DNA of 6,676 bases from Candidatus Thorarchaeota archaeon (GTDB taxonomy: Archaea; Asgardarchaeota; Heimdallarchaeia; Hodarchaeales; Hodarchaeaceae). The notes below the pieces were generated by a model. It worked only from the letters and a program-made list of their open reading frames with translations, did not search any database and had not been told where the DNA came from. Position 1 is the stretch's first letter; every line of letters starts with the position of its first letter. A program made the translations under genes and the position numbers. Below, one piece after another: positions 1-6,676 of this stretch. Location of the stretch: the NCBI GenBank assembly GCA_048882505.1, contig JBHLRO010000056.1, positions 1 to 6,676 on the forward strand, read 5' to 3'.

Positions 1-189
1 TTAACTTGTTCAGTCACCTCAACAGCTAAGACAGGCGTGGAAATCGAGGCCTTGGCAGGTGTAATGAATGGCTTGCTCGCGATTTTCGACATGTTAAAAA
101 TGTATGAGAAAGACGAGAATGGCAATTATCCCCTGTCCACACGTATCGACAACATTCACATAATCTCAAAGAGTAAGGAGAATTTGTAG
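1..189 (+). CDS. moaC: Cyclic pyranopterin monophosphate synthase MoaC, C-terminal fragment (5' end outside window)
   Basis: Hand translation of frame +1: LTCSVTSTAKTGVEIEALAGVMNGLLAIFDMLKMYEKDENGNYPLSTRIDNIHIISKSKENL* (TAG 187-189). It matches the MoaC signature KTGVE(M)EAL...LxIxDMxK, and the KDExGxYP segment is typical of archaeal MoaC. Not in the supplied ORF track because it lacks a start in the window. Confidence 0.93.
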   Translation, partial: LTCSVTSTAKTGVEIEALAGVMNGLLAIFDMLKMYEKDENGNYPLSTRIDNIHIISKSKENL

Positions 190-210
190 AAAATTACGGT
201 TGGACGGGTT

Positions 211-228
211 CCATGTGTTCATACATGG
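211..228. other. Small inverted repeat between the convergent moaC and PAPS-reductase-like genes
   Basis: CCATGT-gttcat-ACATGG, a perfect 6-bp stem. No adjacent T-tract, so a terminator role is uncertain. Confidence 0.25.
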
Positions 229-277
229 GCTATAGCGGGTCAGTTTGGGTTGGATTCGACCTGAATTTCTCGTAATC

Positions 278-1105
278 TCAACATTTCGAAACAACACAAT
301 GGCCATGGGTCATGCGGTATTCCCCCAGTTGCGCATCTGTCCAGTGGCCATATTTCGCCTCGGCCTGTGCTAGTACCTGGTTGAGGGTAATCGGTTGGCC
401 TTTGTATAATTTCGGCCACACGCCATAATTCTGTTTCCCTCTATGTTTGAATTTGGCAATCTTGGCCGCTTCAATTTTCACCCAGTCGCGAAAATCGTTC
501 GGATAATTCCGCGCCAACCATACTAGCTCGATCTCGGAAATAAACGGACAAAGTTTGCAATTGGACGGTAAGGGTATTTGATACCCTACACTTCGAATGT
601 AGCTTTGACAGGCCTGTCGATCCATACCCCTGTCTAGTAGGGGAAAACGGAAATGGAGGTTCTCGGTCATCCATTTCGATCGTTGCGTGGTTTTCGCGAT
701 CCGTTTCTCCTCCCTTTTCGAAAACCCGATCAAGACCTGGATTTTTCCCCATGCCCGCGTAAACTGATAGAGGCCGCGTTTTAACCCTGTTTTGAATCCG
801 TATTTCTCCCCCATATACGCATCCAGAAATCGATAGATAGGTTGGATCTTCAGGTTGTCGGTGCACGTCTTCTTGAACCCTTTGGAGCCGCAGGTCTGTG
901 TCCGTCTGTAGAAAGCGCGCAAACTGGGCCAAAACCTGGTGTGGTATCCGAGATCGGGGGTCAGGTGGACTAGTTCAATCCCATTCTGATGGCAGAGGAT
1001 TTTCATTTCCTCTAGATGGGTGTAGGTCTCATCGTGTTCGTCCCCCGTGTCTGAGAACACTACGATCAGGTCGTGGGGGGCGTATTCGGCGCGAAATTCC
1101 GCATC
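278..1105 (-). CDS. PAPS-reductase-like / adenine nucleotide alpha-hydrolase (PP-loop superfamily) protein, 5'-truncated and lacking the PP-loop
   Basis: ORF track 278..1060 (GTG). The frame stays open upstream as *CTVIDAEFRAEYAPHDLIVVFSDTGDEHDETY, with a stop at 1118-1120. The hydrophobic strand plus SDTGxEHxETY, KTCTDNLKIxPI, VLIGF...EEKR, FPLLDxGMDRxxC and PSNCKLCPF are motifs of this family. The expected N-terminal S-x-G-x-G-x-D/Q-S loop was not found in any minus-strand frame over about 1105-1200. Confidence 0.75.
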   Translation of the reverse strand, partial: DAEFRAEYAPHDLIVVFSDTGDEHDETYTHLEEMKILCHQNGIELVHLTPDLGYHTRFWPSLRAFYRRTQTCGSKGFKKTCTDNLKIQPIYRFLDAYMGEKYGFKTGLKRGLYQFTRAWGKIQVLIGFSKREEKRIAKTTQRSKWMTENLHFRFPLLDRGMDRQACQSYIRSVGYQIPLPSNCKLCPFISEIELVWLARNYPNDFRDWVKIEAAKIAKFKHRGKQNYGVWPKLYKGQPITLNQVLAQAEAKYGHWTDAQLGEYRMTHGHCVVSKC

Positions 1106-4100
1106 TATGACCGTGCACTATCGCCCACAGAGGCCAAGGCCTTATACGATTCTTATGATGGAGGTTGGTACCAAACCCGCGAGGATCCTGCAATTGACTG
1201 GAGTATTGCGTACAATCATGATGTCATCGACTATTTTGATGGGACAGACAATCTGTTGACCCCCGAAACCCCATACAGTGCCAATTGGTGGGATAATGGT
1301 GACAATACCGCAGGAATTACTCATTCAGTGGCTCTCCCTTCAACGACAGACTGGCGGATTGATGTGGACTTTGTCTATGATGCGGATAACTTTAACTCAG
1401 GTTCTGGCATTAGTCACTCTGGACTAATGCAGATTTATTTCCTTAACGCCAATAAAGATCCTGTGATCAAGTTCACCTACATGGATAGTGATTCATCCTA
1501 CAGTGGAGGAACTTTCCCATATGGACGAAGTATGGCATTTTCCGCCTATTGGTATGACATACTGGGGACAGAGAATCTGCTTTTATATGACACTCCAATA
1601 AGCGGTGCCAGCTCAGTGGACGGTGTTTTGAGTCTCCAATATATCGATGGATTCGGAAGTTATCGTTTCCCTGACGATCCCTCTTATCCATTCCCCAATG
1701 CAGATACATGGCAATCAATTCCATCTAACGGCTTCGAACGAGGCCCTATCACCTATGTAATGTTCCATTACGAAACCGATGTTTACAGTCCCGTTGAAAT
1801 GGGAGTACGGTCGGTAACAGTAGAAAGTGAGGGTACTCCAGCGGAAACACAAATACCGTGGACAGACCCCGAGACAGTAACTGCAAATGTTGATGGTCTT
1901 GATACGGGAACATACCCCTACACCATCAGCGCCTACAACACAGGTGGATATTACAATGATGATACCGTCACCGTTCAGGTATCTAATCCAATTCCGTTAC
2001 TTACTGGCAGGGATTCACCAGTAGAACCGTTGTATTCCGAGGCAGGAGCTTCAAATATTCTTTCTATGACATTCTTTGATACAGATGCAGATTATTACAA
2101 GATCTTTGATGAGGTGAGTCAAACATGGATAGTAGATGGTACAAGTAACGGATGGACAGGCGGATCTCCCATCGATTTCGATCTTGCAGTCCTCACCGAT
2201 CCTACTCTCGCGCAACCGTACACAGAGTATAATCTCATATGGTATGCCTATGATTCAGCAGGACAGTACAATGATCATCTCGAGGACCATCCTACACGTG
2301 ATGCGTCTATCCAGGTACGTATTACCGACAATCCCCCCACGATTAATACTCCAGATCCCATAAGAATGTCCTCAGGGGCAGTAGGCGTTTATATCGAATG
2401 GCAGGACGCGGATGATGGGAATCCCTCACAATACCGAATAGGTCATTGCTTGGGATCGTCTTGTAGCTATCCAGGTACCTATACTTTTACTGACAGTTGG
2501 AGCACTGACTGGACCACATGGGCTGGAGGAGCCGTTTCAATGTCTTTGGATGGATTGTTAGGTGAAAATTACTTCGTAGCCGAACTCAAAGACCAATCAG
2601 GGCAAATCTCTCAATCTGGAGTCACCCGTGTTGATGTAATAGACTGGGACATTACTATCAACACGGACTTCACCGTTCAATATACTGACAGCTTAGCTGC
2701 TCTTCCTGCATCTATCGAGGTTGGATATATCCCTGAAGGATACGGTCAAGTCGTTGTGGATGTCTGGGTTGAGGAGGCTCCCATTAACGGTGAACCCGAT
2801 TGTGGACAATCTCCCTATGAGCTATGTTGGCAAGACATCGCATACAATTACTATGACACTGGAACCAAGAAAGCATATTATGACATACCCACAACAGTCT
2901 GGAGTACAATTGCTGGAAAAGGTCTCAGCAGTGTAGGAACGTGGACACTGCGGGCCCGTGCTTACCATCCGGATCCAGGGTATCAATACATCTACGACGG
3001 AGGTAACAGGGATTTCAACATTATCAAGGAGAATCTCGTTATAACCTTTGACGGAAGTTTCCCCTACACAATGAAGCGGAACCAAGCCGAGCTCTTTCTA
3101 GATGGATTTGATGCTACTATTCGTGATGACGATGGACAAACAGTAGATGCAGGTCTCAACTTTAATATGAAAGCCCGAGCAACACAATCTGGGGACGAAA
3201 TATTGCCCCATGCCTATCTTTGGACCAATCTGAAAAATGCTCTTTATGAAGATATAACTGGTGTTTCCTCTACAACAAGAATAATTAGCGGTAATGATTG
3301 GCAAATGAGACAGTTTTATTTCGGAACAGAGTCTAACTACTATGTCAGTTGGAGTGGTTCTGGCTTTTCAAATTATAACGACTACAACCCAGGAGGTAAT
3401 AACTACATCACTATCACAGCTCCATTATCACCGACGACAGTGCCATTTGATAATTTAAACGGATTTACAGCGTGGACCAGTAGACCAGAGGTGGGCATTG
3501 GCATAAGTTCCCAAATTTCGTGGCCTGAGGAGGGTGGTAATAGTCTAAAGTGTTGGGGTACACTTTTCGACGCAGGTTGGTGCTACGCAACTTGGGACAA
3601 TACCCCTATTATTAACTACAAACTGGGTAATCCTCCAGAGAGAGGGTTTTATTTGGGTTACTACGATGAGGAAATCTCTGTGGATATCGATAAGGGTGAG
3701 GATATATTCTTCTCCATCTACTGGGCTCCCCAAACCGTCTGGACCGAAGAGCGGATGGAGATCCACACTGGTTCGAATACATATGTTCGAATACGGGCCA
3801 GCGATGTAGAGGTCTACTCCTTGGGGTCACAGAGATTTCATTATGATCTACAAGATAGTCAGGAAATGAAGTGGTGGGGTGTAGAATTGCGGTTAACTTC
3901 GAATATTCGTCGGTATCATCCTAACTTCTCTCCAACTATGGGTTGGGCCTATGCTGATATCGCCATTGTCAAAAATGGTGTCCTAGAATGGCGGTCAGAT
4001 ATGTTTGGCGATCTTGTCGATCCTATCAATATGGGACATTGGAATCTATTTGATAACCCCACTGCACAAGGAATCGTGGAACTAAGTGCACAAGTAGGGA

Positions 4101-5395
4101 CGTTAACATATACTGATGCCTACTTCGACACTCTGACTGTTTCTGGAACCCCTGCTTTCAATGTGTGGTCTTCTTCCCCACCTGTACAAACTGATGGGGT
4201 GGTTTCAAATACATTGAAGAATGTCGTAGAAAGGAACGATAGTATCCTCTGGACAGATACATTTAATTTCAATGGACTCCAAGATATTGTTGAACAAGGA
4301 TCTATACTAATTTCTCTGAACGGGACTCAAGAACAAGCTTTTGGTACGAATTCTCTAAACTATCAGATCGAGAATGATACGTGGCAAATCTTAAACATAG
4401 GGAAGATCTCAGGAAATATTCCTGAGGGAAGTGTACGAGTTAACACCTCATATGACCTTCTAATAAACGGAAGTTGGACAAACAAAGTCTTAACTCACCC
4501 CTTGTACATAAACGATTCTGCTTCATCTTTCATATCGAGTTATGACTTAATCCAGATAATCCCTACCTCTCTCCAGAACACCGACTTTAATGCATATTCC
4601 ACAGAGGAGAGACTGACTCTATTATCTCATATTAGGTATTTGGCCGATTTGGTAAACCATCAACGTTACAGTGACATCCAGGACTACATTGGAACAAATA
4701 CTAACATGACAGAAAAAATCAGATCATATCTTATAGGTGGATCGGACAACCCCCGGCTCGCCATCATTCTCGCCAATGGTGATAATATGTTTAACACCAT
4801 CCATAAGATGGGTGCAATTAATAACGAATACCTAGATCAAATCCGGTTTTTCAAAGAGAGAAATTACCATGCATATTGGTTAACAAATGAATTTCTCACC
4901 CAAGACAATTTGGCCCTCCTCCTCAATCGAATTGAGAGTTACGAGACTCCTGATCTTAATTATTCACTCGTCATAACCTACATCGGTCATACCATAGACG
5001 TTGATGGTAAAGGTTATGCTAATGAAACACAGGGAATCGTCCTAAATTCGGGAAGGATCCTAACAGATTCACAAATAGCGAACCTATTTTCACCATTAGA
5101 GAGTAATCAGTTCTTTATAATAAATTCTTGCTTCTCTGAAGGGATCCTTCATGAATTGGAACGAGCAGACAGAATATTGTTGGGATCAAGTAAGGATGAT
5201 CTTCCTGTCAGAGTGGGGACTTTCTCACCATACAGCCCGTTCTACGATAAACTCCATACCCTTTGGGATGACCAGCTCTCTATTGAAGAAAATATTGCGA
5301 TTTTATTCCAACAATTTGCCCCCAAAACCTTGGTTTTCGTAGATGGCAACCCCATGGTGGATTGGTATCTCACCAAAAACGGGTTCACATTTTAA
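1073..5395 (+). CDS. Very large multidomain extracellular/surface protein (LamG/ConA-like and Ig-like modules) with a C-terminal caspase/legumain-fold (clan CD) cysteine peptidase domain; probably 5'-truncated
   Basis: Uninterrupted 1440-codon frame. It begins with FRIYDRALSPTEAKALY, the terminal strand-helix motif of LamG-like domains. It is rich in D/T/S/G/Y/W, carries Ig-like repeats and has C-terminal YIGH and IINSCFS motifs. There is no signal peptide, and the GTG at 1073 lies inside the antisense of the neighbouring gene, so it is probably not the true start. Confidence 0.85.
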   Translation: MGGVFGAKFRIYDRALSPTEAKALYDSYDGGWYQTREDPAIDWSIAYNHDVIDYFDGTDNLLTPETPYSANWWDNGDNTAGITHSVALPSTTDWRIDVDFVYDADNFNSGSGISHSGLMQIYFLNANKDPVIKFTYMDSDSSYSGGTFPYGRSMAFSAYWYDILGTENLLLYDTPISGASSVDGVLSLQYIDGFGSYRFPDDPSYPFPNADTWQSIPSNGFERGPITYVMFHYETDVYSPVEMGVRSVTVESEGTPAETQIPWTDPETVTANVDGLDTGTYPYTISAYNTGGYYNDDTVTVQVSNPIPLLTGRDSPVEPLYSEAGASNILSMTFFDTDADYYKIFDEVSQTWIVDGTSNGWTGGSPIDFDLAVLTDPTLAQPYTEYNLIWYAYDSAGQYNDHLEDHPTRDASIQVRITDNPPTINTPDPIRMSSGAVGVYIEWQDADDGNPSQYRIGHCLGSSCSYPGTYTFTDSWSTDWTTWAGGAVSMSLDGLLGENYFVAELKDQSGQISQSGVTRVDVIDWDITINTDFTVQYTDSLAALPASIEVGYIPEGYGQVVVDVWVEEAPINGEPDCGQSPYELCWQDIAYNYYDTGTKKAYYDIPTTVWSTIAGKGLSSVGTWTLRARAYHPDPGYQYIYDGGNRDFNIIKENLVITFDGSFPYTMKRNQAELFLDGFDATIRDDDGQTVDAGLNFNMKARATQSGDEILPHAYLWTNLKNALYEDITGVSSTTRIISGNDWQMRQFYFGTESNYYVSWSGSGFSNYNDYNPGGNNYITITAPLSPTTVPFDNLNGFTAWTSRPEVGIGISSQISWPEEGGNSLKCWGTLFDAGWCYATWDNTPIINYKLGNPPERGFYLGYYDEEISVDIDKGEDIFFSIYWAPQTVWTEERMEIHTGSNTYVRIRASDVEVYSLGSQRFHYDLQDSQEMKWWGVELRLTSNIRRYHPNFSPTMGWAYADIAIVKNGVLEWRSDMFGDLVDPINMGHWNLFDNPTAQGIVELSAQVGTLTYTDAYFDTLTVSGTPAFNVWSSSPPVQTDGVVSNTLKNVVERNDSILWTDTFNFNGLQDIVEQGSILISLNGTQEQAFGTNSLNYQIENDTWQILNIGKISGNIPEGSVRVNTSYDLLINGSWTNKVLTHPLYINDSASSFISSYDLIQIIPTSLQNTDFNAYSTEERLTLLSHIRYLADLVNHQRYSDIQDYIGTNTNMTEKIRSYLIGGSDNPRLAIILANGDNMFNTIHKMGAINNEYLDQIRFFKERNYHAYWLTNEFLTQDNLALLLNRIESYETPDLNYSLVITYIGHTIDVDGKGYANETQGIVLNSGRILTDSQIANLFSPLESNQFFIINSCFSEGILHELERADRILLGSSKDDLPVRVGTFSPYSPFYDKLHTLWDDQLSIEENIAILFQQFAPKTLVFVDGNPMVDWYLTKNGFTF
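1850..2644 (+). repeat. About 2.5 degenerate Ig-like protein repeats within the large ORF
   Basis: Recurring pattern P..I..P.......G......W.D.D.NP..Y.I...W......DGL..G.Y......D..G......V.V. Units: about 1850-1987 (second half only: WTDPETVTANVDGLDTGTYPYTISAYNTGGYYNDDTVTVQV), 1988-2332, and 2333-2644 (PPTINTPD...EWQDADDGNPSQYRI...WAGGAVSMSLDGL.GENYFVAELKDQSG...VTRVDV). Visible at the protein level only. Confidence 0.6.
4751..5395 (+). other. Clan CD (caspase-hemoglobinase fold; C13/C14/C25-like) peptidase domain
   Basis: N-terminal strand RLAIILANG; His motif VITYIGH (His codon 4988-4990, residue 1306); Cys motif FFIINSCFSEG (Cys codon 5129-5131, residue 1353). The 47-residue spacing and the following ILLGSS strand fit the clan CD fold. 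Confidence 0.72.
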
Positions 5396-6675
5396 TTCCG
5401 TCGTTTTCTCCATACAGAAATGAGGAGCATCCCAAATAGTAAATTGACTGATATTAGGAAGCCAGAACTCGGATTTTCCAAGCGTAACTCATTCTTCTTT
5501 CTATTCAAGCCAATAGAAAAGATTCTGTCGTTGGTATCAAAAGCGGAAATACCTGCCGAGTCCGTAGCGACGATTTTAATATGGTACCATCCATTGGGAA
5601 CTAAATTTGAATCCCACATGAAATTTGATGCCACCAATTTTCCCGTCCCTACCGAGTTCCATTGAATACACTTTTCTGAGTCGTTGATTGATTGATTACA
5701 GATTCCATAAAACACATTGTAAGAGATAGAATGATCATACGGATAATCTTGTGAGGGTTCCCACGTTACGTTCACTAGTCCTGATAATGATTCAAAACCG
5801 ATTGGAAAGAGAAGACGAGGGGGAGTAATAAAGTGTAAATTACCCGCGGTGAGATGCTGCTTTGGAGCGGTCAAGGGGGAGGAGTCTTCGTTGTATACGT
5901 TTCCCCCGATTTTAATGGGGAAATCCACGACTTGATCGTTATCAAGATCTACCACAGTTTCTCTTCCCCAGTAATTTGATTCAATAGTATTCTTGGTACC
6001 AAGCTCATGATATTCATGTATTTGAGATATATTGTCTCGGACATCCTGAGCGGTGAGATCAGCAATGTCAATCCATTCATCATAAAAAACATCCAATCGA
6101 TTTCCTATTACATCATTCCACTGGATTGCAACATTAAGTGAGTCCCGAAGCTTAATTGCCCATAATTCATTATTGTACAGAGTATTATTCCTAATATGCA
6201 ACACGCTGGAGTTCTGAACCTCTATACCGAATGAATTTTCGTGAATAACGTTGTGAATGATAGATAGGTTCGGATAGTCGTAGACACGAACCCCTGTGGA
6301 TTTTCCTGAAACAAAGTTATCTCGGACAAGTACGTTTGAACCACCGTAATGTGTCCTTTTTCCATCCCAATATTTCCCGAGAATTTCCATCCCATGTCCA
6401 CGATAGTTATCCTCGGTCTGACTTAAGTTGTTCGAGGCAATCGTCACATTATTAGCCATTAAAGAATAAATGCCATGATTGTTATTCGCGAAATTATTCA
6501 GCATCATAATTAGATTATCTGAGTTACGTATGTGGATCGCTTTGCTATTATTATGGAAATAATTCCCTGTAATCTTAATATCATTTGATTGTACGATATT
6601 TAGGGCTCCCTCGTCTAAATATGATGAAAATAATTCGTTATTACTTATCGTGATGTTATTTGCATTGTTTAAATT
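5392..6675 (-). CDS. NosD-like right-handed parallel beta-helix protein with a C-terminal beta-sandwich and membrane anchor (5' end outside window)
   Basis: The frame is open beyond the track start at 6507 to the window edge (NLNNANNITISNNELFSSYLDEGALNIVQSNDIKITGNYFHNNSKAIHIRNSDNLIMMLNN...). It has repeated IxxNxxxxNxxGI units and the NYW...DLDNDQVVDFP.KIGG...DSSPL cap common in archaeal NosD-like proteins. These are followed by an Ig/Fn3-like domain (PPRLLFP..ESLSG.VNVTW...WDS..VPNG.Y.IKIVATDS.G) and a hydrophobic tail ending RKRRN. No nos-cluster context, so it is not called nosD. Confidence 0.85.
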   Translation of the reverse strand, partial: NLNNANNITISNNELFSSYLDEGALNIVQSNDIKITGNYFHNNSKAIHIRNSDNLIMMLNNFANNNHGIYSLMANNVTIASNNLSQTEDNYRGHGMEILGKYWDGKRTHYGGSNVLVRDNFVSGKSTGVRVYDYPNLSIIHNVIHENSFGIEVQNSSVLHIRNNTLYNNELWAIKLRDSLNVAIQWNDVIGNRLDVFYDEWIDIADLTAQDVRDNISQIHEYHELGTKNTIESNYWGRETVVDLDNDQVVDFPIKIGGNVYNEDSSPLTAPKQHLTAGNLHFITPPRLLFPIGFESLSGLVNVTWEPSQDYPYDHSISYNVFYGICNQSINDSEKCIQWNSVGTGKLVASNFMWDSNLVPNGWYHIKIVATDSAGISAFDTNDRIFSIGLNRKKNELRLENPSSGFLISVNLLFGMLLISVWRKRRN

Positions 6676-6676
6676 G

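Noticed and set aside
244-263. Minus-strand CAGGTCGAATCCAACCCA resembling a tRNA T-arm/3' end (possible att remnant)
   Set aside because: It lacks one T of GGTTCGA, has no proper stem and no cloverleaf.
471-932. 153-aa minus-strand ORF
   Set aside because: Fully nested in another frame of the PAPS-reductase-like gene; no recognisable motifs.
278-1105. Calling this gene cysH, dndC or queC
   Set aside because: Only superfamily-level motifs are recognisable, the diagnostic N-terminus is missing and no partner genes are present.
898-1259. Two 70-aa plus-strand ORFs (898..1110, 1047..1259) as frameshifted N-termini of the giant gene
   Set aside because: Neither shows LamG-like sequence or a signal peptide; they overlap the antisense of the PAPS-reductase-like gene or another frame of the giant ORF.
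1105-1324. Frameshifted N-terminus of the PAPS-reductase-like gene (including ORF 1142..1324 -)
   Set aside because: All three minus frames over about 1105-1200 were translated and no PP-loop motif was found; the region is explained by plus-strand coding.
1473-5665. Other short ORFs in the track (1473-1724, 2136-2363, 2721-2936, 2822-3085, 3098-3304, 3545-3766, 3612-3830, 5151-5342, 5420-5665)
   Set aside because: All are nested in or antisense to long well-supported CDSs and have no recognisable motifs.
5392-6675. Calling this gene nosD or a pectate lyase
   Set aside because: The beta-helix is a generic scaffold in archaeal surface proteins; there is no nos cluster and no identifiable catalytic motif.
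1-6676. CRISPR array, IS element, rRNA/tRNA, or DGR-type nucleotide repeats
   Set aside because: No regularly spaced repeats, transposase or reverse-transcriptase motifs, or long near-identical repeat pairs were seen by eye; a self dot-plot would be the decisive check.

Overview
The window holds four coding regions and looks archaeal, probably Asgard (inferred from protein motifs only). They are: (1) the 3' end of an archaeal-type moaC (<1..189, +); (2) a relatively GC-rich PAPS-reductase-like (adenine nucleotide alpha-hydrolase) gene on the minus strand, missing its N-terminal PP-loop; (3) a 1440-codon surface-protein-like ORF (+) with lectin/LamG-like and Ig-like modules and a C-terminal clan CD (caspase/legumain-fold) His-Cys protease domain; (4) the 3' part of a NosD-like beta-helix protein with a C-terminal membrane anchor (-, open past the window end). 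The most unusual point is at about 1095-1105. Genes 2 and 3 meet head-to-head there and both appear to have lost their 5' ends, yet neither has internal stops, which suggests a recent deletion or inversion, or a chimeric assembly. No rRNA, tRNA, CRISPR array or transposase was recognised.
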